Origin: an uncultured bacterium
GTDB lineage: Bacteria; Babelota; Babeliae; Babelales; Babelaceae
Reading direction: 5' to 3'
Assembly (NCBI GenBank): GCA_963848965.1
Contig: CAWKFG010000001.1
Coordinates: forward strand, 256,001-320,000
DNA length: 64,000 bases
Part shown: piece by piece, positions 27,354-36,405 of the stretch
Position numbering within the stretch: position 1 is the stretch's first letter
Layout: every line of letters begins with the position of its first letter
Position numbers and translations under genes: made by a program
The notes under the pieces: generated by a model
The model's database searches: none
Told to the model about the DNA's origin: nothing
What the model saw: the letters and a program-made list of their open reading frames with translations, nothing else

Positions 27354-30344
27354 ATGTTAAAAGTCATAGGGAACCTCGTGCAATTGAGATTTTTGTTTAC
27401 GTTTATACTAGCTGCTACAAGTACTTTTCCACTTTTTAGTATGGAAAAAGTTTTTAATACTTTTAATACTAAAGAAGAGGATCGTCAGCAGACTAGTCAG
27501 GTATATGGTGAGACAGAAGAAGAATATATAGAGAAAATAGAGTCCTATTATAAAAATCTGCCCTCAGATACTCTACTTCAGCGATTCTCGATGTCTTTTT
27601 TTTCTATAACAGAAAAGTTATTGGTATCTGCTATTACTTATAAAATGGCAGAAGCATATTTAAAAGCAACTTTTGAGCCAGTTACTCCTCTTCTTAATAA
27701 ATTTGGAGATTGTACTGCTTTAATGCTTGCATGTCTTATTGGAGATAGGACATTGGTAACTCTTTTTCTTAGTGCAAAAGCTGACGTTAATGGGGCTAAT
27801 AAACTTGGCTGGACAGCTCTTATGCTTGCAGCACGAAAAGGGAACGTAGAGCTGGTAAAACAGCTACTCAATGCAGGAGCAAATAGTAATGTGCAAGTAC
27901 CACACTCAGGTTGGACTGCTTTAAACCTTGCAATAAAAAATGGACACAAAGATGTAGTCGCATTACTTCTTGATAAAGGAGCAGATGTTTCTTTGAGGTC
28001 TTTAGATAGAAAAAGTGCTTTAAACCTTGCTGCACAGTATGGGTACAAAGATATAGTAGAAATGCTTCTTGAAAGAAAAGTACTTTTAGAAACTAAAGAT
28101 GGAGAAGAAGCTACTCCGTTACTGCGAGCTATAGAAAAAGGACATAAAGAAATAGTCTCTTTATTGCTTAACCATGGTGCTAATGTGGATGCTACATGCC
28201 TTATTAAACAAAGAGGTAGCAATACAGCATTGATACTTGCAGCACGAGCTGGTAATGAGCACATAGTTGATTTGTTACTCAAGCGAGGTGTTTTTGTTAA
28301 TGAATGTAATAGCCAAGGGCAAACACCAGCTACATTTGCAGGGCTTACAGGAAATGAAACTATTTTGCAAAGACTCTTAGATGTTGGGTCTTCTACTCAA
28401 GACATTAAAACGCAGGCATTATTGGGAGCTGCTTTCAAAGGTCATAGAGGTATGGTAAGTAGGTTACTCAAGCAAGGAGTTTCTGCTAACATAAAAGCAT
28501 CCGTTAATATAAAAGCTATGAATGAAGATCCTCTTGATGAGGCTTTACTAAGCTGTTTAGAAGAATATAGAGGACATGAGAGTGCTTTAACGCTTGCTGT
28601 ACAGGGTGGACATAAAGATATAGTAATACTACTTCTTGAGGCAGGTGCTGATGTTAACTATAAGAATGAGCATGGTATTACTCCCTTATTAATTGCAATA
28701 AAAAAAGGGGATAGGGATTTAGTAAAATTACTGCTAGGTCGTGGAGCTTCATTGAATATAGAGGCTGATGTAACCACAAAAAAAGACAATAGAGATTTTT
28801 TTGATGAAATGTTTGATGATGCTGATTTAATCCCTTCAGATAGAGCAAAGCGTAGAAATAAGGATCTTCCTGAGGCTTTAAAGGAACAAAAGAATGCTAT
28901 AATGCTTGCTGTACAGAGTGGACATAAAGATATAGTAATATTACTTCTTGATGCGGGTGCTGATGTTAACTATAAAAATGAGCGAGGAGTTACTCCCTTA
29001 TTAGTTGCAATAGAAAGAGGCGATAGAGATTTAGTAAAATTACTGCTAGATCGTGGAGCTTCAGTAAGTATATGCGACAATAAAAAAGCTACAGCTTTTA
29101 TCTACGCAGGTAGAGCAGGACATATAGAGGTATTACAAGACCTTTTAATGTGGTGTGGAGATAAAGGGACAGCTAAAGTTGAGGCTCTATTTGGTGCAAT
29201 TTATGCTCATGATACTTATCTTATAAATACATTACTTAGTATGAAAACAGATGTTACTGCAAAAAACCAAACGGGCTTTACTACATTGCACACAAGTGTA
29301 GAGACGAGATTGGCTAAAGAAACAGTAGCACTTCTTATTGATGCTGGTGCAGATGTTAATGCTCAGGATGATAATGGCTGGACTCCTTTAATGTATGCAG
29401 CTAGTGGTTGCTACCAAGAATTAGTATCATTACTTGTTAATCGCGGAGCTGATTGTAGTATTAAAAATAGCAAGGGTGATACTGCTTTAATAGTAGCTCT
29501 AAAGGGGTGGAAAAGGTTGGATCAGTGTAATAAACATGAAAATCCTACAGAAACGGTTAGGATTCTTCTTGAAAGAGAAACAGATAACCATATTCTAGAA
29601 AAACATAGAGGTTGTATACTTAATCGAAACAGGAACCACGGTCATCAACTTCTTTCATTATTCATTGCAAAAGGTATGATACTTACTCCTTTACCTACAG
29701 AGCAATGGCCACCGGTTCAGCTTTATCAAAGCCATTTTACAGAGGGCGAGTATTACGAAACTCGAGGTGGAGACTCTATAACGATGGATGCTCTTTGGGC
29801 TAAACTGTTATCATTGTTAGTGCAAGAACCCGAGGTAAAAAAGTATTTGTCTGATGCTTGTTCTGTTAATAATGAGATGCTAAAGGGATTAGATCTAATC
29901 TATCGTAGTCCAAGGGGGCATACCCTTCTTATGGTAGCATGCATGCTTGGGCATACCGAAGTTATTAAAGGGCTTAAAGATCATGTAAGTAAAGAATATT
30001 TAAATATTGTGGATGATTATGATTATTGTGCTCTTGATCATGCCTTTAAATTTGGCAAAACTGATGCTGCTATTGCCCTTATAGAAACTTATGGAAACTA
30101 CCTTGATTATTTAAAGCAAGATTCAAATTTATTTGAGATAGCTATAGACCTTGATAGCTTAAAGCTTGTTAATGTACTTTTAAAAGCTGGTCTCAGGCCT
30201 ACTGTTAAGGATTTAGAGTATTCAGCTGCTACAGGGCGTCTATTTATTATGTTTAAATTACTTATTGCTATCTCAAACAATGATCCTTACTTTATTGCTC
30301 ATCCTTATATAAGAAGGTGTTTTAAGAATATTCAACCCTTTTGA
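27354..30344 (+). CDS. Large ankyrin-repeat protein with signal peptide
   Basis: Numerous ankyrin repeats; internal 160-nt duplication. Confidence 0.92.
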   Translation: MLKVIGNLVQLRFLFTFILAATSTFPLFSMEKVFNTFNTKEEDRQQTSQVYGETEEEYIEKIESYYKNLPSDTLLQRFSMSFFSITEKLLVSAITYKMAEAYLKATFEPVTPLLNKFGDCTALMLACLIGDRTLVTLFLSAKADVNGANKLGWTALMLAARKGNVELVKQLLNAGANSNVQVPHSGWTALNLAIKNGHKDVVALLLDKGADVSLRSLDRKSALNLAAQYGYKDIVEMLLERKVLLETKDGEEATPLLRAIEKGHKEIVSLLLNHGANVDATCLIKQRGSNTALILAARAGNEHIVDLLLKRGVFVNECNSQGQTPATFAGLTGNETILQRLLDVGSSTQDIKTQALLGAAFKGHRGMVSRLLKQGVSANIKASVNIKAMNEDPLDEALLSCLEEYRGHESALTLAVQGGHKDIVILLLEAGADVNYKNEHGITPLLIAIKKGDRDLVKLLLGRGASLNIEADVTTKKDNRDFFDEMFDDADLIPSDRAKRRNKDLPEALKEQKNAIMLAVQSGHKDIVILLLDAGADVNYKNERGVTPLLVAIERGDRDLVKLLLDRGASVSICDNKKATAFIYAGRAGHIEVLQDLLMWCGDKGTAKVEALFGAIYAHDTYLINTLLSMKTDVTAKNQTGFTTLHTSVETRLAKETVALLIDAGADVNAQDDNGWTPLMYAASGCYQELVSLLVNRGADCSIKNSKGDTALIVALKGWKRLDQCNKHENPTETVRILLERETDNHILEKHRGCILNRNRNHGHQLLSLFIAKGMILTPLPTEQWPPVQLYQSHFTEGEYYETRGGDSITMDALWAKLLSLLVQEPEVKKYLSDACSVNNEMLKGLDLIYRSPRGHTLLMVACMLGHTEVIKGLKDHVSKEYLNIVDDYDYCALDHAFKFGKTDAAIALIETYGNYLDYLKQDSNLFEIAIDLDSLKLVNVLLKAGLRPTVKDLEYSAATGRLFIMFKLLIAISNNDPYFIAHPYIRRCFKNIQPF
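28592..29063 (+). repeat. Intragenic direct repeat 28592-28751 / 28904-29063
   Basis: 160-nt copies, 15 mismatches by manual alignment, offset 312 nt. Confidence 0.9.
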
Positions 30345-30605
30345 ATATGGTGGTACAGTCAGCATTATTCAAAAGCAGGAACTTTTGACCATATTTTTTT
30401 GACAATGTTTATTAATAAAAGATAGTATACAACGAATGCAGTAAGTGAACGTGATGTAAAAGCCGATTTATGCTCGTGAGCTACTCTCATCTGTAGAGAT
30501 GACGGGTGGTGCAATCAAGGTGTACTATTTTTGCTAAACCTTTGTTAAAAGACAGAGCAGAAAATTTAGGCTATACTGAAAGAAAAAAGTTTTTGCAGGA
30601 CTACG

Positions 30606-32231
30606 ATGAATGATAATGGCTTAAATTTAGCGCGTAAGTGGCGATCCAAGCATTTTGATGAGCTTATTGGGCAAAAGCTTGTCGTACGTACTATTAAAAA
30701 TAGCCTGTATCGCAGCCTTATTTTCCCTGTCTATCTTTTTTCGGGTACTAAAGGATGTGGAAAGACGAGTATGGCGCGCTTATTTGCAGCTGCGCTTAAC
30801 TGTCAAGAATTGGAAACATTTAGAAAAAACCCACAAAAAACTATATTACCATGTCTTAGTTGTTTTTCTTGCACTTCTATGCAGAAAGTACAGCATCCAG
30901 ATTTTATTGAGATAGATGCAGCATCTCACACTGGTGTAGATAATGTACGTCATATTATTGATGCGTCATCTTTTGTGCCGGTACTTGGAACTAAAAAGAT
31001 CTATCTCATTGATGAAGCACATATGCTCAGTAAAGCAGCCTTTAATGCATTGCTGAAAGTGTTGGAAGAACCACCTGCTTCTGCACTTTTTATATTAGCA
31101 ACGACGGATCCTCATAAGATTCTTGATACAGTACGATCGCGCTGTTTTCAGCTTTTTTTTCATCCTATCGCTCCACCAGAGCTTGTTGCTCATCTCACGT
31201 ATGTCTGTCAACAAGAAAAGATTACGTTTGAATCTCATGCATTAGAACTTATTGCTCATACGGCAGAAGGATCTATGAGAGATGCTTTAAACATTATTGA
31301 ACGGGTACGATTAGTGCATCCAGCTCTTTCTAAGCAAGGAGTGATAGAAACACTGGGTACTCTTGATGATGAGCATCTTATACGTCTTTTAGAACGAGTG
31401 CTTACAGGAGATGCTACAGAAGTATTGCAGTTAATTGAGCAGCTTCATCTTGAACGATATAATGTGCAGATAGTATGGAAAAAGTATGTTGAGCTTTTGC
31501 GTATAGCAGTGTGGCTTAAGCAGGGTATAGAACTTACTGCTATGAGCTCTGTAAAAGAGCAGATTATTTCCTGTATTGGATCGTGCTCGCTTAATAAGCT
31601 TATTGCGATGGTAGAACTGTGTTATGCTTATGAGTTAACACTGGCAAAAACGAGTGCTCCTCATATGGTATTTGAAATGGTTCTTCTTAAAATGTGTCAA
31701 TTGCATGAAGGGCAAAAGTCGTCAGGAGTTAGAGAGGTAATTCAGCAAAAAAAAGCTGAAGTTCATGAAGTATCTGAATGGTCTCTCTTTTTACAAAAAG
31801 TAGAACAGCTTGATGATCCTTTAGTAACTTCTATATTTAAGCAAGGTGCCTTTGTGCAATGGGATAGGACTGCTCAAAAGGTGGTAGTCTCTTTTTCACA
31901 AGATCTTCTTTTTTTCAAAGAATGGTTACAAACAACACAGCAATTATGGCAGCCGCTACTTGAAGAAAGTTTTAAGAGTGTTGTAGAGCTTGATGCTCAA
32001 TTTACGGGAGCAGCTGTACCTACAGTACCAAAACCTGTAGTTATGGCAAAGCCGCTGCCTCCAAAGCACGTGCCAACAGCTAGGCCACAAAGCTCTTTCT
32101 CGCAAGCACAACCACGTATGTTTAAAGAAAAAGAGGTAGCTCTTTCTATTACTGACAAAGAAAAATGGCCACGTGCCTCTACTATTCTCAGAATATTTCC
32201 TGGTACAATTACATATAAAGCATCAAGTTGA
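30606..32231 (+). CDS. dnaX: DNA polymerase III subunit tau/gamma
   Basis: LARKWR, G.KGCGKTS, EIDAAS, IDEAHMLS..AFNALLKVLEEPP, SRC, GSMRDA. Confidence 0.96.
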   Translation: MNDNGLNLARKWRSKHFDELIGQKLVVRTIKNSLYRSLIFPVYLFSGTKGCGKTSMARLFAAALNCQELETFRKNPQKTILPCLSCFSCTSMQKVQHPDFIEIDAASHTGVDNVRHIIDASSFVPVLGTKKIYLIDEAHMLSKAAFNALLKVLEEPPASALFILATTDPHKILDTVRSRCFQLFFHPIAPPELVAHLTYVCQQEKITFESHALELIAHTAEGSMRDALNIIERVRLVHPALSKQGVIETLGTLDDEHLIRLLERVLTGDATEVLQLIEQLHLERYNVQIVWKKYVELLRIAVWLKQGIELTAMSSVKEQIISCIGSCSLNKLIAMVELCYAYELTLAKTSAPHMVFEMVLLKMCQLHEGQKSSGVREVIQQKKAEVHEVSEWSLFLQKVEQLDDPLVTSIFKQGAFVQWDRTAQKVVVSFSQDLLFFKEWLQTTQQLWQPLLEESFKSVVELDAQFTGAAVPTVPKPVVMAKPLPPKHVPTARPQSSFSQAQPRMFKEKEVALSITDKEKWPRASTILRIFPGTITYKASS

Positions 32232-32243
32232 GGAGTTTTTCTA

Positions 32244-33569
32244 ATGAGTACTGTTGGGACAGTGGTTATTGTAGGACGTGTTAATGTAGGTAAATCTACG
32301 CTTTTTAATCGTCTATCAGTAGATGTTAAAAGTATTACACTCGATTATGAGGGAGTAACACGAGACTTTATAAAAGATCGAGTACAATGGCATGGTATAG
32401 CATTTGATATTGTAGATAGCGGAGGTATCACTTTACGCAAAGTGCAAGATCCCCTATTTGAAAAAGTACGGCAAAAAGTATTAGATCTTGTAGAAACTGC
32501 AGATCTTATTTTATTTGTTATTGATGGTACTGTAGGAGTACTCCCAGAAGATAGAGAGATTTCACAGTATCTTCATAAGTTAGGAAAGCCTGTTCTTCTT
32601 GTTGTTAACAAAATGGATAGTAAAAAAGTGCAAGAGCATCTGTATGAGTTTCAAAAGTTAGGACACTCTATCATTGTTCCTGTCTCTGCTCAACATGGTA
32701 CTGGTATCGGTGAACTGTTAGATGCTGTTGTTTCTCATTTGCCTAAGAAATCGACAAAGAAAGAAGAGATTAAGGCTACTTATAAAGTTATGCTTTTAGG
32801 AAAGCCGAATGTAGGTAAGTCATCTTTGATGAATGCTCTGTTAAAAGAAGAGCGAGCATTGGTATCAGAGCTGCCAGGAACAACACGAGAGGCACTTTCG
32901 GAGACTATCTCATTTTATAAAGAGAATATAGTGCTTACCGATACGCCGGGAGTACGGCGTAAGCGAGCTGTATCAGAAGAGCTTGAAACGCTTATGGTAA
33001 AAAGCTCCTTTGCAGCACTTAAAGATTCTGATATTGTAGTATTGTTAATGGATGGAAGTGCTCATGAGCTTGCAGATCAAGAACTTAAGCTTGCTTTTTA
33101 TGCATTTACTGAGCATTATAAAGCATTGATACTTCTTATTAATAAGCAAGATCTTATGACAGAAGTAAGTAAACAGGATCTTGAGCGTAGTTTTGATTAC
33201 TATCGCCATTTGATTCAAAAGATTCCTATATTGAACATTTCTTGCAAGACGGGCAAGAATGTTGGTCGTGTACTTCCGCTTATTCATGAAGTGTGGCAGC
33301 GGTATAGCCATAGGTTTGAAGATGTAGAGCTTAATAGGCTGTTGATTAGCTCTTTACAAAAAAAGCCTTTATACCATAAAACGCAAAAGCTGCAGGTCCA
33401 TGAGGTAAAGCAGATAGGAACTGCGCCGCCTACTATTTTTATGAAAGTTAATGAACCAAAGTGGTTTGGTCCTTCGCAGCTTGGATTCTTTGAAAATATT
33501 TTGCGTTCAGAGTATGATATGCAAGGAGTACCGGTTAAGTTTGTAATAAGAAAAACTGCTATATCGTAA
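32244..33569 (+). CDS. der: Ribosome biogenesis GTPase Der (EngA)
   Basis: Two G domains (GRVNVGKS/NKMD, GKPNVGKS/DTPG/NKQD) plus KH-like C-terminus. Confidence 0.96.
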   Translation: MSTVGTVVIVGRVNVGKSTLFNRLSVDVKSITLDYEGVTRDFIKDRVQWHGIAFDIVDSGGITLRKVQDPLFEKVRQKVLDLVETADLILFVIDGTVGVLPEDREISQYLHKLGKPVLLVVNKMDSKKVQEHLYEFQKLGHSIIVPVSAQHGTGIGELLDAVVSHLPKKSTKKEEIKATYKVMLLGKPNVGKSSLMNALLKEERALVSELPGTTREALSETISFYKENIVLTDTPGVRRKRAVSEELETLMVKSSFAALKDSDIVVLLMDGSAHELADQELKLAFYAFTEHYKALILLINKQDLMTEVSKQDLERSFDYYRHLIQKIPILNISCKTGKNVGRVLPLIHEVWQRYSHRFEDVELNRLLISSLQKKPLYHKTQKLQVHEVKQIGTAPPTIFMKVNEPKWFGPSQLGFFENILRSEYDMQGVPVKFVIRKTAIS

Positions 33570-33583
33570 AGACGGAGAAACGT

Positions 33584-33913
33584 ATGCAAAAACGTATTGC
33601 TTTCAGAGGAATGGAGCATTCGCCTGTTTTAGAAGAGTTTGCACAAAAACATTTAGAAAAAATAGAGCGCTTATTAGAATCTGAGCCGACTCCTGTGTCT
33701 ATAGATTTAGTGCTTGAAGCACATCCTACACATGCTCATCATAAAGTAGAGCTGCGTGTAAAAACACCTCATTATGATCTGGTTGCTCAACACGAAGGCC
33801 CAGAGATGTACCAAGAAGTAGATAGAGTTACTGATAAAATGATACAAGAGATACGGAGAGCCAAAGAGCGCTTTAATGAAGAGAAGAAAAAAAGCGATTT
33901 TCATAGGCCATAG
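33584..33913 (+). CDS. hpf: Ribosome hibernation factor HPF/RaiA (short form)
   Basis: I.FRGMEHSP.L..F...L.KI, MY..VD...DK...I.R.KE pattern. Confidence 0.85.
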   Translation: MQKRIAFRGMEHSPVLEEFAQKHLEKIERLLESEPTPVSIDLVLEAHPTHAHHKVELRVKTPHYDLVAQHEGPEMYQEVDRVTDKMIQEIRRAKERFNEEKKKSDFHRP

Positions 33914-33922
33914 TAATTATCG

Positions 33923-33950
33923 TAAGGGAGTTTTTTAGAACTCCCTTATT
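33923..33950. terminator. Terminator between convergent genes
   Basis: TAAGGGAGTT-TTTTAG-AACTCCCTTA. Confidence 0.75.
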
Positions 33951-34020
33951 ATCTGATCTTGCTAAGTTTATATTCTTGATTCTCTAAATCTCTAGAGCAG
34001 CTCTAACTTTGAGACTGTAA

Positions 34021-35406
34021 TCAAGATAGTGTATCTAATTGATTAAGTTGTATGGCATATTTTTCGTAAAGTTCTGGACATGCACCTGCTTTAAAAAGAG
34101 CAAGAACAAGTTTGACAGCTTTTTTTGTTACTGCAAAGGTTAGAAGTTTTTTTCCTTCTTGGGCTACTTGCTCAAGCAGAGCTCCAAAAAGAGTGATGAA
34201 CGTTGCAGCAAAATCAAAATTTTCACCTAGTAGAGCATAATCGAGAATAGTATATCCAGCAAGACTTCTAGCATTTAATGAGACAGAAGAAAGAGAGCAG
34301 TCTTTTAAGCTAGTAAGAATAGTAGTATGATCACAAAGAGCTGCATACATAAGGAAAGAGCATCCTTTACTGATTGTTGTAAGAGAAAGTTTTTCTTGCT
34401 GAATACTTTTAGAAAGCAGATCATGCACAAAAAATTCTGGATTTTTACAATATGTTTGCAGTGAAGGTTCTTGGTAAAGTTCCAAAAGATGAATAATGAA
34501 CTTATAATCCTCTTGATTCCCAAAGATAGAAAATTCGGGACTACGGCCGGCGTGAGTATATTCTTTTTGGGCAGCTTCTATACACTGTGGACTTATAGAA
34601 GCACCGTGGCAAAGCAGAGTAGCTACAGCTGCTTTCTTTCCTTTAGATACTGCATGATAAAGAGCAGACTGATTATTACTATCGAGCATGGTAACAGAAG
34701 CTCCTTTTTGTATAAGGAGAAGTATTGTATTTTTATGACCACGTAATGCAGCAGCCATAAGAGCTGACCTAGTGAATGTATGTGGAGGATTAACAAATGC
34801 ACCATGATCAATGAGAATTGAGGTTATTTCATTGTATCCTACAGCTGCAGCTCTTTCTAAGGGGCGCCACTGGCCAAAGTCCCAATTTACATCTGCTTTA
34901 TGTTGTAGTAATAACAGTACAATATCTTTGTTGTTCTTATCTATTGCATGTAATAAAGGCGTTTTTCCAAACCAATCTTTACTATTGGTGGAAGCACCAT
35001 ATTTAAGTAGTGTCTGCACTATATCGTAGCGCTCATGTATAACTGCATATATAAGAGCTGTTCTTTTATACTGATCTTGTAAATCAATTTGACTTTTACC
35101 ATGCTCAATAAGATATTGTGCAATTTCACTATGTCCAAGCTCTGCTGCAAGCATAAGTGGGGTTTTATTATCTCTATCGTGTGCGTTAATGTTTACAGGT
35201 TTGTCTGATTCTAAAAGTTCTTTGACTCGTACGTAATTATTATGAATAACCGCATCCGACAGTTCATCTTCTAAGGTTATGACTTTTTCTAGAAAAGATG
35301 CTTCAGATGGGGATTTTTGTGTCTCTTCAAATGATCGTTTCATACTAAAGCAAGAGGTGCCTACTGTTATAAGTATGAGTATAGTAGAGAGGCTACTTAG
35401 ATTCAT
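34021..35406 (-). CDS. Ankyrin-repeat protein with signal peptide
   Basis: KTPLMLAAELGH, RTALIYAV, KTPLLHAI repeats. Confidence 0.9.
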   Translation of the reverse strand: MNLSSLSTILILITVGTSCFSMKRSFEETQKSPSEASFLEKVITLEDELSDAVIHNNYVRVKELLESDKPVNINAHDRDNKTPLMLAAELGHSEIAQYLIEHGKSQIDLQDQYKRTALIYAVIHERYDIVQTLLKYGASTNSKDWFGKTPLLHAIDKNNKDIVLLLLQHKADVNWDFGQWRPLERAAAVGYNEITSILIDHGAFVNPPHTFTRSALMAAALRGHKNTILLLIQKGASVTMLDSNNQSALYHAVSKGKKAAVATLLCHGASISPQCIEAAQKEYTHAGRSPEFSIFGNQEDYKFIIHLLELYQEPSLQTYCKNPEFFVHDLLSKSIQQEKLSLTTISKGCSFLMYAALCDHTTILTSLKDCSLSSVSLNARSLAGYTILDYALLGENFDFAATFITLFGALLEQVAQEGKKLLTFAVTKKAVKLVLALFKAGACPELYEKYAIQLNQLDTLS

Positions 35407-35577
35407 GGATATTTCCTTGCTACTCTAGAAGAATTGCTATTTACTATTAACCTTATTATACAGCAAATTAAAAAAAATAAAATTTGTGGTTTGTAGACTG
35501 GCTTTATGTATTATCCTTGACATTAAAATTATCCTATTAGTATTATTAATAAAAATAATGAAATAAAAGGAGTAGTT

Positions 35578-36357
35578 ATGTATAAATATTTATTTGTTAT
35601 GAGCATGTTTTCTTATTCTCTTCTAGGTATGGAAGGAAGAGAACCTGCTTTATCTGCGCAAGAAGAAAAGTCTTTTTTAAGTATTTTGCCTGCAGAGCTG
35701 CGACAGGAGCTTTCTGAATTTAAGAAAGAAACTATTGCTCAAGAGTTTAGAGAGAAATTTGCTCAAAAGGCAATACCGCAAACAGAGCAGATTGATTTTG
35801 TAGTAAAACGATTAAAGGATCTTAAAATAAATTTAGATGTTCCTATGTTAAATGCTTTTTTAGAGTTATTGCAAGCGAGATATGGCTGGTATGGAGAGGG
35901 AGGCTCGGAGTATCTTGGACCTAGAAGACTTCGTATTGCTGCACGGTTAGCTACTCCAGCAGCAATACAATGGTTGCAAGAGCAGATAAAGAATCCGCAG
36001 ACACGAAAAGAGTTCATGGAGCTTGTGAAAAAAGTCATTCAACTTGGAAAACATGATGAAGCTACCCTCAACGAGGTTAAATCGTATCTTGCTGCTTTAG
36101 GTGATGTTAATGCTACAGATCAGTATGGATGGACTGCTTTAATGTTTGCAGCAAGTGGTAATCTTCCTGTCGTACAGTTTTTACTTGATAATAAAGCAAA
36201 TGTTAACCTTCGCCATAGGACTCAGGATGAAGCAAAGACTGCTTTACAGATTGCGCAGGAATGGAGAGAAAGATTGCAAAGATGGAAAAATCTAGACGAT
36301 GTTGCTAGGCTTGATCAAATTATCAAACTACTTAAAGATCATGGAGCACAGGAATAA
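35578..36357 (+). CDS. Signal-peptide protein with LPxEL motif and C-terminal ankyrin repeats
   Basis: DVNATDQYGWTALMFAASG, TALQIA, IIKLLKDHGA; AAGGAG RBS. Confidence 0.85.
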   Translation: MYKYLFVMSMFSYSLLGMEGREPALSAQEEKSFLSILPAELRQELSEFKKETIAQEFREKFAQKAIPQTEQIDFVVKRLKDLKINLDVPMLNAFLELLQARYGWYGEGGSEYLGPRRLRIAARLATPAAIQWLQEQIKNPQTRKEFMELVKKVIQLGKHDEATLNEVKSYLAALGDVNATDQYGWTALMFAASGNLPVVQFLLDNKANVNLRHRTQDEAKTALQIAQEWRERLQRWKNLDDVARLDQIIKLLKDHGAQE

Positions 36358-36374
36358 GGTATACTATTGAATGT

Positions 36375-36400
36375 AATAGGGCAGCTTTCGCTGCCCTATT
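36375..36400. terminator. Bidirectional terminator
   Basis: AATAGGGCAGC-TTTC-GCTGCCCTATT. Confidence 0.8.
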
Positions 36401-36405
36401 TGTTA

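Noticed and set aside
27638..28282. 214-aa antisense ORF and the other short overlapping ORFs in the track
   Set aside because: Shadow frames of real genes, with no RBS or recognisable motifs
28592..29063. Repeat pair as DGR template/variable repeats
   Set aside because: Mismatches are not confined to adenines of one copy, both copies are in-frame coding, and no reverse transcriptase is in the window
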